Source of the DNA: Mobula hypostoma
Lineage: Eukaryota
DNA length: 64,000 nt
Direction of reading: 5' to 3'
Assembly (NCBI RefSeq): GCF_963921235.1
Contig: NC_086098.1
Location: forward strand, 235,166,001-235,230,000
Part shown: positions 25,854 through 36,559 of the stretch, piece after piece
Numbering within the stretch: the first letter of the stretch is position 1
Layout of the letters: every line of letters starts with the position of its first letter
The notes under the pieces: model-generated
Seen by the model: the letters and a program-made list of their open reading frames with translations, nothing else
What the model was told of the DNA's origin: nothing
Database searches by the model: none
Program-made: the position numbers and the translations under genes

Positions 25854-26673
25854 AAAAAAAAACCTCAAATGTACAATGCACACATGTCACCCTGTTGTAC
25901 TAACTGAGCAAAGTATTTGACATCCTAAGCAATGTTCTACAGAACCGAACCCCACCCTTCTGCTTGTTTTTGGACGAGAATAATTCTTTAAGGTCCCGCA
26001 ATGCTCTCCTGCTTAAAAAAAAACTTGGAATTTGTCGCAGAGAAATAGGTGTTATAGCTAAAAGTCTTAAAATTGAAATACAATCTGAGTGAAATGGGAG
26101 CTGATAATACAATTATAGGAATGAAAGGTGTCCCAGCTCAGCAGGATGGGGAGAAAATATTTGACCCAGTGAGCAGAACATGCAGAGGAATTTTGCACAG
26201 AAACAGCCCAAGGGAGGGGGACTGGATTGAGCAGCTTTTGACAAAGAATCACAAGTGACAGGGAGGTGGTCATTATGAGAAATACATGCGAGAAGGGGAC
26301 AAATGATCCGAGTGCTGTTTATCTGCGGTCAATGCGGCAGAGATCGTTTTGGTTGCTCCCTCCGATGGAAGCGGAATTTGTAGATGTCCCACGAACGTCA
26401 ACGACCGGACACGAGGAAGCACCAGCACAGGGAGTTGTGAAGCATTTCAGAACAACCAAACCACTTCACCACCACTGACCGCCCCGCGGCGCTAACATAG
26501 GCAATGGCCTTTGTAGTTCACGTTCTCAACATTTGATTAACATTCACCTCAAAGTGAAGCCAAAGCAGTGTGCCACTGTAACTGGGAGAGAGTTGGAGAG
26601 CGAGTCTGCTGGTCAAATCCATCACAGTCGCATACAACAGGGAGAGGAGCCTCTTCTAACGATCCAATTAAGC

Positions 26674-26784
26674 TCAGTTCTTCTTGGACTTGGCCGTATC
26701 GTACTTCCTCTTGCTCGAGTACCAGAGCAGCAGGGGGATGCCGATGGAAGGGAGGGTCATGACCCCAAAGGCCGCCCAGTCCAA
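26674..26784 (-). CDS. SSR2: SSR2 (TRAP-beta) exon 6, last coding exon
   Basis: [38 protein letters not shown] at 26785-26786. Confidence 0.97.
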   Translation of the reverse strand: MDWAAFGVMTLPSIGIPLLLWYSSKRKYDTAKSKKN

Positions 26785-28031
26785 CTGTTTTGGAATAAAA
26801 ACCAGAGTTACTCCATGGATGTGTACAGTGAACATTGTGGGCATTCCATATTAGCACAGAATGTGCATTGGCACTTGCAGGTTGTACCCAGCACATCCTC
26901 GTGTGTTGGTTGTTAATGCGGATAATGTGTTTTGACACAGTGCAGGTGATACATAACTCAGAAATCTGAGTGTGTAGTAGTGGGGCGGGTGTGACAGAGG
27001 AGGGTACTCGCTGCATTCAGCGGACCCACTTTTGACGGTAGAACGGACTCACTTCGACAAGTTGGAGCTGCTGTGGAGACTGCTCACTCATGGCTTTTCC
27101 AGCTGCCTCACCTCACAGGCCCTTCCCGTCCAAACCTCCAGCACCGTCTTTCCATAATCCAATTGGTCGGAAATCTCGACCGTTCAGGAACAGCTACTAT
27201 TCCTCAGCTACCAGGTTCTTGAACTGGTGGGGATAACGTCACTCACCCCCATCGCTGAACTGTTCCCACAACCTACGGACTCAACTTCCATGGAGGAGAG
27301 AGGGGGGGGTCAGAGAGTTTCTGTGTCTCCTGGTCACCAGTACACCAGTGGAATATGTGGGGAAACTGTTTAGTTATCGACGGGGATCAGAACCTTCCAG
27401 TGCGGTAACAAAGTTCCAGAGGGACCGGACTGTCAAATTAATCACACCATTATCATACTCCCCACAGCACTAACCTTCCCTGTTCCAACACCTCCAGCTA
27501 CCCCTGGAAACATTTGTCTAGATCAGGATCACAACTGTCCAGTGGTCCCAGATCACTGCCACCTGCCCCTGGGTTTCCGCTCCCTGCAGCTGTCCCTGCT
27601 ACGTCCAGTCATCCCAGATTATTGTCACCTGCCCCTGGGGGTTGTTTGCTCCCGGCAGTTGCCTCCCCTGTGTCCAGGAATCGGTAAACGGAGAGTTATT
27701 TTGCACGGAGAGCAGGCGATGGAAGAGGGTGACAGTTGAGGGCAGCGGTGAAGTGGAAATTCTCAGGCTGCCCGGACACGGAGTGGGCGGGACGGACGCG
27801 ATACAGTGCTGGGTTGGGCAGCTGGGATTAGAGAGACAGCGCTGCTCGGGCAGTCGGGTGTTATGTGGGTTACCCTGAGCTCTGCAACACTGCCTCTGCA
27901 CCGGTGGCAAAGGAGAGTCCAGGGGGCTCAAAGGTAATGGCCAGAGTGGAGATGGCACCCTGGCCCACTGCCCTGAGCTGGAATTCCCAGACCTGCCAAA
28001 GCAAGATTTCACCTGAAGCCTGGAAACTCAC

Positions 28032-28109
28032 AAAATGAGGAGAGAAGCGCCGGTCGAACTCTCGTTGTGCTAGGATGCCACCTTGTCCTGGAGCGCTGGT
28101 GTAACCCAT
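28032..28109 (-). CDS. SSR2: SSR2 exon 5 (78 nt)
   Basis: [26 protein letters not shown], with cttcag acceptor and gtgagt donor. Confidence 0.97.
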
Positions 28110-29144
28110 CTGAAGAAGAGGACACAAGGAGGTTATTGTAGGCTGATAGGACACACCCCATTCTGTGATGGGTTGAGATACTAGAGAGAGGGGTCACAGT
28201 CTGGACAACAGCCTGACCAGACGCACCTTCCCCACTACAGAACTACCTACACCTACTTCACATGAACAGAAGTACGAAACCACTAATGTCGGACCCGGTT
28301 AATCTGGAGGAACCCAAAGTCTGACAAATAAGATAAATCAATCCATCGACCACTGTGGCCTCCAACTGCACAACGATTTGTTTTAAATAAGACTTCTTGA
28401 CCAAGTTCTGACGGCCCCCATGAACAACGGCCTAGCCTTTCACATGGAGGGCAAACATAGAACATTCATTGTGTGCCAGTCTTGATGCCAATTGACATTC
28501 ACTGTCCCCCATAACCTTCCATTCCCTTCATATTAGCATGTCTAAGACCCTCAAACTCCACCAGACTGCCTGCATCCACCACTCCCCAGGTCATCAATTC
28601 CAGACACCTACACTCTCTGAGCAAAGAAACAAAAACTTCTTCCTCACCCCCTCCCTAACCTGGAAAATCACATCCACGGCTGCTTGACATTGCTACCCTG
28701 AGGGAAACATTCTGACTGTCTATCTTTAATCTATGCCTCTCATAATTTAAACTATCAGATCTGCCCTTAGCCTCTGATGCTCTGGGAAAGCAAAAGTCTA
28801 TCCAAACCTTCCTTATAGATTCCCGCCGCTGTCTGTACGTTCTCCCCGTGGATTCCCTCCAGGTGCTCCGGTGTCCTCCCACATTCCGAAGACGTACCAG
28901 TTGGTCATTGTAAATTGTCCTGTGATTAGGCAGGCATTAAATCGGGGGTTGCCGGGCAGCGTGGTTTGTTGGGCCAGAAGAGCCCGCTCTGCCCTGTATC
29001 TTAGTAAATAAATAAATATTTCCTCCAAACCGCCCAGCATCCCGCGGAACCTCTTTGTGCACCTTCTCCAGAGCTTCCTCGTCCTTCCTGTAATGGGGTG
29101 ACCAGAACTGCACAAAAGTATGGTCTGACAGGAGTTTTATATCT

Positions 29145-29338
29145 GGGGTGTACGGGGTGGCAGGGAGGGGTAGCACCTCTGGTGGGGGAACATGTCACGT
29201 CCTTTTCAAGGTGGTTGGTCCATCTTTGGTCCCCACCTGGCACTCAGCTCTCACCTGTGGCTCCCCGTAGCTGTTTGCATGCGACAGTGGCCACACCCCG
29301 GGCAACGGCTTCGACAAGCCGGCTAAACCAGGTGAGGG
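29145..29338 (+). ncRNA. Predicted HDV-like self-cleaving ribozyme
   Basis: Manual nested double-pseudoknot pairing: P1 29145-51/29293-99, P2 29250-57/29329-36, P3 29259-61/29290-92, P1.1 CC/GG, P4 29306-11/29316-21, J4/2 GCTAAAC. Confidence 0.65.
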
Positions 29339-29698
29339 TAGCCGACGGGTCTCAAACCCTCGGTGAGATAGGGAGTCGTCTATCCCAGCACGTGAAGACA
29401 GACTCCGGCAGATTGAGCGGACGAGACCAATGGAAGGTCCAACGGTCAAGAAGACGGTCTCTGCAAGCGTTGTGGAACGTGTAGAGCAGGACAAGACACA
29501 GAAGACGTCCTGGTCATCCACTGTGCTTAGTCCCATCTCCAGCCGTTTCGACTCTGTCTTGCACTGGATCCAGATGGGAATTGGGAAGAGAGAGTGAGGC
29601 TGACGCTGCGCAACTCTCCCTCACTTAAATCCAAATCACGCGCTAGTCTCGACACCATCATTATGGTGTCGAGGTCCTCATCGACGACGACGATGGAC
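29145..29698 (+). mobile_element. ~550-bp non-autonomous retroposon (SINE/SIDE-like) with a 5' HDV-like ribozyme fold, 3' hairpin and (GAC)n tail
   Basis: Inserted into CR1. Starts GGGGTGT. 3' stem ctcgacaccat/atggtgtcgag near 29648-29673, then gacgacgacgat. Confidence 0.7.
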
Positions 29699-29998
29699 AA
29701 ACACCACACCATCTGACTGCATGACTTCCTTACTTTTATACTCAAGACCCCTACCAATGAAAGCAAGCATGGCCTCCTTATCCACGTAGCCTCAATGCCG
29801 TTGCCACTCTGTAAAAAGTCTCTGGCTGTCTACTCTATGCCTCTTATCATCTTGTACCCCTTTATCAGGTCAGTCACTTCTCACCCTCGGTTACTCCAGT
29901 GAGGAACAAAGCCTGACCCTCAGCCCGGCTGCGACTCCAGCACCTTCCCCATGGTCTGTACGGTCCCGAGCCCCGTGCGGGAGAGGGAGAGCACTTAC

Positions 29999-30107
29999 CA
30001 CCACCGGACCACCTTCCTGGGCCAGGTAGGAAACAGTTGCCGAAGTGAAGTTGAAGTAGCCAGCCTTCAAAGGCCGCAGCACCACGGTGTGGGTAACATT
30101 ACTAGCT
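29999..30107 (-). CDS. SSR2: SSR2 exon 4 (109 nt)
   Basis: [36 protein letters not shown], gtaagt donor. Confidence 0.97.
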
Positions 30108-30719
30108 CTGCGTGAAGTGCGTCAAGGAGCCCGACACAAGGCTAACTCAGCAAGGACACTACCAGAATACAGCCACAATTTCCTCCTCCACTGCTGGCTT
30201 TACACGGCATCAAAACACCACCTCAGTGCATCTTAAATGCTCTGGTCAGAGAGGTACCTTCTAGTGGGATCACCGGGCAGGTTGTGCACAGCGAGATTTT
30301 GCAATGCCATTGCAGTACTGGCAAACAAACCGGATGTCCTCCCCTGGGCCAAAACAGAGGTAAAGGTAGGGGGCGAGCGATTTAAAAAGGGGTGCTTGCA
30401 GGCGCTTAGATTTTTCCGGCAGCCCTATCATATTGATAGAGGAAGCTCCACACAGATGCGGGTGAGTAATTTAAAAAGTAGCCCTTTCTGGCAGCCCAAT
30501 AAAATACCAATTCATTAGCACGGGCAAATAAAAATAAGGCAGGGACAAGTGGAGTGGCCATTGTCAGAATGGACTAGTGTTAGAGCGGGGAGGCTTTGGC
30601 TAATCAAGCTTGAGCGAAGTAAGTAGCCAGCATGTTTCTTCATCTCTTAGTACATAGAGGAATGAATTGTGGGAATTCTGGGAGAATTCCTGCCTCCCGG
30701 ATAACCACACCTGTACCAG

Positions 30720-31432
30720 GTCATGCACTTTGATAGAAGGAGAAAACCAATAAGTTATTTTCTAAATGGAGAGAAAATACAGAAGTCTGAGGTGCAAAGG
30801 GACTTGTGAGTCCTCATGCAGGATTCCCTAGGTTAATTTGCAGGTTGAGTCAGTGGTGAAGACGACAAATGTGATGTTAGCATTCATTTCAAGAGGACTA
30901 GACTGTGACAGGATGTAATACTGAAGCTCTAGGAAAGGATGTGCTGACGGTTATGAAAATGATTCTGGGAATGAAAAGGTTATCGTATGAGGAGCATTTG
31001 ATGGCTCTGGGCCTGCAGTGGTTGGAATTTAGAAGAGTAAGGGGTGGGGAGGGGGAGATCTCATTGAAACCTATTGAATGTTGAAAGGCCTGGATAGAGT
31101 GGCTGTGGAGAGGATGTTTCCTATGGTGGAGGAGTCTAGGACCAGAGGGCACAGCCTCAGAGTAGAGGGATGTCCACTTAGAACAGAGTTGTGGAGAAAT
31201 TTCTTTAGTCAGAAGGTGGTGAATCTGTGGAATTCATTGAAATGGGACAGCTGTGGAGGCCTAGTCATTGAGTATAATCAGAGCGTAGTTTGATAGGTTC
31301 TTGATTAGTCAGGGCATAAAAAGTTACAGGGAGAAGGCAAGAATGGGGTTGAGAGGGAAAATAAATCAGCCATGATCAAATGGCAAAGCAGACTTGATGA
31401 CCAAATGGCTGAATGATGCTCGCATCTCCTAT
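30720..31432 (+). mobile_element. CR1 3' fragment inside the U12 intron
   Basis: LKGLDRVAVERMFPMVEESRTRGHSLRV...FFSQKVVNLWNSL. Confidence 0.85.
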
Positions 31433-31909
31433 AGTTCCAAAACCCCGGTATCTGGGACCTGTGTCCACTCAGCTACACTGGGCAGGACACATGATGCCAG
31501 GCACTCTGCCCCAAGGGTATGGCAGATGCTGGAGAACGGAGCAGATCATGCTGCAGCTGTAGGGGGAAAGGAGGGAAGGGGTAGAGGAACTGTCTATGTT
31601 TTGTATCGAAACCCTGTCAGGACGGATGCTCGAACCGCTGAGACTTCTAACTACACACCAAACGCCATCCCGGGTGACAGGTCCAACACCATTCTCACGT
31701 TCCAGTGGAATCTCTGGCCCGTAACCCCAGTGAGTGTGGAAGGAATGTTTGAACGATTTTGAGAACCTCATTCCGAACTCCTTCCCCAACTGTGGCAATA
31801 AATCACCCTCAATGCCACGTTGAAACCTCTCCAACCCTCTCTCCAATACAGATTCACGAACCACACCCACCCGACCGGCAACAGCCCCTCTCAAACATAC
31901 GCACACCCC

Positions 31910-32295
31910 AAACCAGATCAGGTCAGGACAGACACTCTTTCCTCTCTCTCACTCACTCACACACACACACACACCTGACAAAGAACGTCTCCGTCTCTCT
32001 AACATACACACACATACCAGTAGTCACAGTCTCTCACTCACACAGACCAGCACACCAGACCAGGACAGTCTCTCTCTCTCACCAGACCAGGACAGTCTCT
32101 CTCTCTCTCTCTCACACACCAGACCAGGACAGCCTCTCTCTCTCACCAGACCAGGACAGTCTCTCTCTCTCTCACACACCAGACCAGGACAGTCTCTCTC
32201 TCTCTCACACACACCAGATCAGACCAGGACAGTCTCCCTCTCTCTCACACAAACACCAGGACGGTCAGTCCCACACACACCACAGGACCAGGACG
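31910..32295. repeat. Compound minisatellite accagaccaggacag(tc)n(ac)n next to the U12 donor
   Basis: About 7 direct copies visible. Confidence 0.9.
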
Positions 32296-32311
32296 GCTGT
32301 GCAAAGGATAC

Positions 32312-32410
32312 GGAGCGATTCGGTCCCATTTCACTGTCAACATTCCGGATACTATTCCGAAGTCCTCGGGTGGGAATGAGTCATCGCTGAGCTCCACGTC
32401 CAGTGCAGCG
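32312..32410 (-). CDS. SSR2: SSR2 exon 3 (99 nt)
   Basis: [34 protein letters not shown]. Confidence 0.97.
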
Positions 32411-33058
32411 CTGTCCGGGACAGACATAGTGCAAAATTTCACATTGAGAGGGTAGGTGACAGTCTCCCCTGCCAGAAACACTTACTTCCTACCCTGAAGC
32501 TACTCAAGTCAGCACACCACACAGTTAGTCGGAGCAAAAGTTGGCATCAGGCCTGTTGTGCCTGCTCTGCCATTCAATAATATCATGGTTGATCTGGCCT
32601 TGGACTCAGCTCCATCTGCCTGTCTTTTCCCCGACAACCAAAAATCCACCTAACTACTGCTTTGTTGGGTAGGTCACTAGGGAGTGAGAAATATTAAATA
32701 TTACTATGTGGGAGACATTCCCTGCTCCTCTCTGGAATACTGCAATGGGATTTTCACAGCACACAAGAGGATAGCTGGTTTTCCATCTCATCAGAAAGTA
32801 CCGTACAGCTTGGCACCAACTCAGCAACCTCCCTCCTGCCAGGGATCAATCCCTCTGTACTGTCTGCAAACATCCCCTCCCAGTACCAACCCGTCACCCT
32901 TCGGATATTCCACGAAGCCCAGACAAGCTTTGACCGAGGTTTTGGTCAGCTGTGCTCATGTCCAGCAAGTTGCTGGGTCAGCCCGGGACAGGAGCCAGTG
33001 GACAGCAGCGTCGGATTTGCCGACTCCTGGCAGGGTGGAGACAGACTCTGTGTCCTAC

Positions 33059-33216
33059 CTGGAGCCGACGTTGTAGATGCTGTACTGCAGAGTCAAGTCT
33101 CTCCCTTCCACGGCGTAATTGTTCAACAGGGACTTGGAGGCCAGAAGCCTTGCGCCATCCTCGCCCCTGGTGGCAGCGAGGAGCAGACAGCACACCGTGA
33201 CCAGTAACAACCTCAT
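33059..33216 (-). CDS. SSR2: SSR2 exon 2 (158 nt, signal peptide)
   Basis: ccacag|[55 protein letters not shown]. Exons 2-6 total 555 nt = 184 aa plus stop. Confidence 0.97.
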
Positions 33217-33219
33217 CTG

Positions 33220-33745
33220 TGGGCCAGGGTGGAGATAACATCTGTTACAGAGGGTGGAGACAGCGGAGAGTGGGCAGCAATACCAACCTCAACCTCGTCT
33301 ATGGATTGGGAATAACACCCGTTACAGAGGGTGGAGACAGCAGAGAGTGGGCACTAACACCATCCTCGCCTGTGGATTGGGAATAATTCCTGTTACAGAG
33401 GGTGGGGACAGCGGAGAGCGGGCACTAACAACAACCTCAACCTTGTCTGTGGATTGGGAATAATACCCGTTACAGAGGGTGGAGACAGCGGAGAGTGGGC
33501 AGCAATACCAACCTCAACCTCGTCTATGGATTGGGAATAACACCCGTTACAGAGGGTGGAGACAGCAGAGAGTGGGCACTAACACCATCCTCGCCTGTGG
33601 ATTGGGAATAATTCCTGTTACAGAGGGTGGGGACAGTGGAGAGTGGGCAGCAATACCAACCTCAACCTCGTCTATGGATTGGGTAGAGGGTAGAGAGAAT
33701 GGAGCGCGGGCACTAACACCAACCCCATCCATGGGGCAGAGTGGG
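33220..33745. repeat. 71-77-bp minisatellite with a 225-bp higher-order duplication, abutting SSR2 exon 2
   Basis: Unit gttacagagggtggagacagcggagagtgggcagcaataccaacctcaacctcgtctatggattgggaataacacc. Confidence 0.95.
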
Positions 33746-34849
33746 AGAGGGGATAACAGCTGCTTTCAACAGAGAGTGTGTCAACAGTCCCAAAAGTCCA
33801 CAATGGAGTTTAACTACAGCAGAATACTGCAGCCAGAATCTGAACTCCGGGGAAGAATTATCAAATACTAAAGCGCACAGACTTAAGGCGAGAAGGAGAG
33901 AGGTTAAAGGAAATGTGAGAGCACGTGTTTTTCTTTTGCACGAAGAACGAGAACGTGTTGCCCGGGGAGGTGGCTTAAGACACAGTTATGAAAGTGGTGT
34001 TCGAGGTGCTTTTAAATAGGCCTGTGAATATGAGGGATAAGGAGCACATGTAGGTGGAAGGGCTCTAATTTGGCATCCTGGCACTAGAATTATGGGCCGA
34101 ATGGCCTGTTCCTGTGCTGTATGGTTGTATACCAACCATCTTCCTGACTCATGCAACCATCAGGGACGTACGCATCTTTCTCTGCCTGTCTCCCACCTCG
34201 CCGGTGGTCACTGTCATCCGTACATTAATTGCCCCTCCCTCCCTGGATGCCCTCGAGAGGATGATCGTGCCCCATCTTTTAGCAGCTGCGGTCTTTGTGG
34301 CCACGAAGCCGCTGGGGAGGGGGCTCCAGGATTTGGGCTCAACAATGACAAAGGAACAACTCAGCACCGTGCGCAACAGGAGAGGGGTACGAGGTACCGA
34401 ACTTACTCCACACCCGATTCTCTGCCCTTCATGGGCTGGGCAGTAACCACAAACACACTGCATTTTGTTAATGAAGCCCATCGTGGGCTTCGTGGACAGA
34501 ACGGCTGCAGGCAGCGGTGTCCCATTGAGGGGGTTGCTCAGTACCGGATGGTGTGGAGCTGTACCCATCCCAGTCAGGAATGAGGGGACCATCTCTCTTC
34601 TGACTCGTGCCCCCGGATGGTGGGAAGGCTTTGGAGTATCAGGTGAATCGCTCACGCAGCCTGCGCACTGCCATGCAGTGACAATACCTGCGTAGTCGAT
34701 CCAGCTGAGCTTCTGTCAGTAGGAGTCTCTGGAACGGATTCAGTGGAGAGCAAGGTCTTTACTGTAAGGATTAGGTGGTTGGAGCTGGTTATTGACATGT
34801 GCTGCTTCCATTATGTAAGTCCGCATAAAATAGATTTGCAATGCACTGA

Positions 34850-35755
34850 TCATAAGATCATAAGACATAAGAGCAGAATTAGGCCATTCAGCCCAGAGTC
34901 TGCTCTGCTATTCCATCATGGCTAATTTACTATTCTGCTCAACCACATTCTCCATAAACAACTTACAATATGTTGAACTCAGTACTTTGATTTATGAAGA
35001 CCAATGTGCCAAAAGCTTTCTTTATGACCCTGTCTAGCTGTGACACCATTTTCAATGAATTATGGACCTGTTTTCCCAGATCCCCTTGTTCTGCTGCTCT
35101 TCTCAATGCCCCACTGTGTAAGACCTACCCTGGTTGGTCCTACTGAAGTGCAACATCTCGGAGTTGTCTGCATTAACTTCCATCTGCCGTTTTTCAGCCC
35201 ATTATTCCAGCTGGTTCAGATCTTCCCCCACCCCCACCACAAACTCTGACAGTCTTCCTCGCTGACCTCTACACACCCAATGTTGGTGTCATCCACAAAT
35301 TTTAGATCCATTTAACCACATTATCATCCAGATCACTGACATAGATGAGAAAAAACAACGGACTCAGAACCGACCCTTGTGGTACACCACTGGTCACAGG
35401 CCTCCATTCAGAGAGGAAACCACCTACTACCACTCTCTGGCTTCTTCCACAAAGCCAATATCTAATCCAATCTACTACCTCATCTTGAATGTCAAGCGAC
35501 TGAAACTTCCTGACCAGCGTCCCATACGGAACCTTGTAACAGGCCTTGTTAAAGTCCATGTAGACAACGACCACTGGTTTGCCTTCATCAACTTTCCTGG
35601 TAACTTCCTCGAAAAGCTCTATAAAGTTGGTTAGACACGACCTACCAGGCACAAGACGACGCTGACTATTCCTAATCAGCCCACGTCTATCCAAATACTC
35701 ATCTATCCCGTTCCTTTAGATCACCTTCCAATAACCTTCCCACAACTGATGTCAG
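34850..35755 (-). mobile_element. CR1 fragments in SSR2 intron 1
   Basis: [29 protein letters not shown], and a (cataag)n tail near 34850. Confidence 0.85.
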
Positions 35756-35990
35756 GACTGCCGAAGGCTCTCGGCCCGAAACGGTGACTGTACTCTTTCC
35801 CATAGATGCTGCCTGGCCTGCTGAGTTCCTCCAGCAGTTTGTGCGTTACGCCGATCTTCTGCCAGTCATTACTGATAGTGCACCGGCAACAGGAGCCCAG
35901 GCCCACCCGCCGTCGGTCCGTCCCTCCCTGCCTGCCAGCGGCCACCCACACAGAGCCAGGATGAACGGCGGTGGGGGAACCGACACTCAC

Positions 35991-36040
35991 CCTCTTCTCC
36001 ATCTGCAAAGGACGTGGCTCAGCGCCTGCCTGCTCCAGTC
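35991..36040 (-). CDS. SSR2: Probable SSR2 exon 1 (5' UTR plus in-frame ATG GAG AAG AGG at 36002-35991)
   Basis: Strong donor AGG|GTGAGT at 35991/35990 in a CpG island directly below promoter motifs. The 5' end is approximate. Confidence 0.7.
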
Positions 36041-36225
36041 TGCTGACGTCATGCGAACCGCGCGCCTTGCGCATGCTCGTGTCGCATTGGCTATTGGGTA
36101 GTGTAGTTTACAGTACTTCTCTTCCCATGCAGCCGTGCACACGACTTTAACTCCCGAAATGCTTTGCGGAGAGGCGGGTTGATTAATGCACTAATCAAAA
36201 GGCGCTGCGTACACTTCCGTCTATT
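36005..36225 (-). promoter_or_regulatory. SSR2: SSR2 CpG promoter
   Basis: CRE TGACGTCA 36044-36051, NRF1-like TGCGCATGC 36068-36076, two CCAAT boxes 36086-36097, ZNF143-like CTCCCGAAATGCTTTGCG near 36151, ETS ACTTCCG near 36213. Confidence 0.8.
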
Positions 36226-36559
36226 TTTTTGAATGAGCTATGCTGGCAGGAGGGTTGATTGAAAGCTGCCTGGAGCAACGCTGGGGGAACTCAGCAGGTC
36301 AGGCAGCATCCATGGAAACGAGTCGACGTTTCAGGCCGAGACTCTTGCATCATTCATCCTGGGGGCGAGGTACAAGAGGGTCTGAATTAGGGAACATGTA
36401 GTTGAAGGAAGGACAGGTCTGACGGCTCCATGTGCTGAGCTGTGTCAAAGGGGAGGGGTGTTGCACTGCTGATCGGGGAGACTATTACAGTGGTATGTAG
36501 GGAGATGACCCTGGCGGCTGTAGGGGTACAACGAGATTGGGTGATCACTTTCATTGGCT

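Larger units (their letters stand above)
28480..29900 (-). mobile_element. CR1 3' fragment in SSR2 intron 4, hosting a V-SINE-like piece (~28820-29015) and the retroposon at 29145
   Basis: VQFWSPHYRKDEEALEKVHK. SINE core gtacgttctccccgtg...ctcccacattccgaagacgtac. Confidence 0.7.
30108..32311 (-). other. SSR2: U12-type (minor spliceosome) GT-AG intron 3 of SSR2
   Basis: 5' splice site GTATCCTTT (32303-32311). Branch site TCCTTGAC (30121-30128) 11 nt before the terminal AG. No long polypyrimidine tract. Confidence 0.93.

Noticed and set aside
31759-33871. 206-aa and 130-aa plus-strand ORFs
   Set aside because: Arise from minisatellites antisense to SSR2
34092-34695. Overlapping 110-168 aa ORFs in SSR2 intron 1
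   Set aside because: No recognisable domain or splice structure; probably an unclassified GC-rich repeat
36060-36100. ERSE element in the SSR2 promoter
   Set aside because: CCAAT boxes are present but no CCACG at 9-nt spacing; only a partial GACGTGG at 36011
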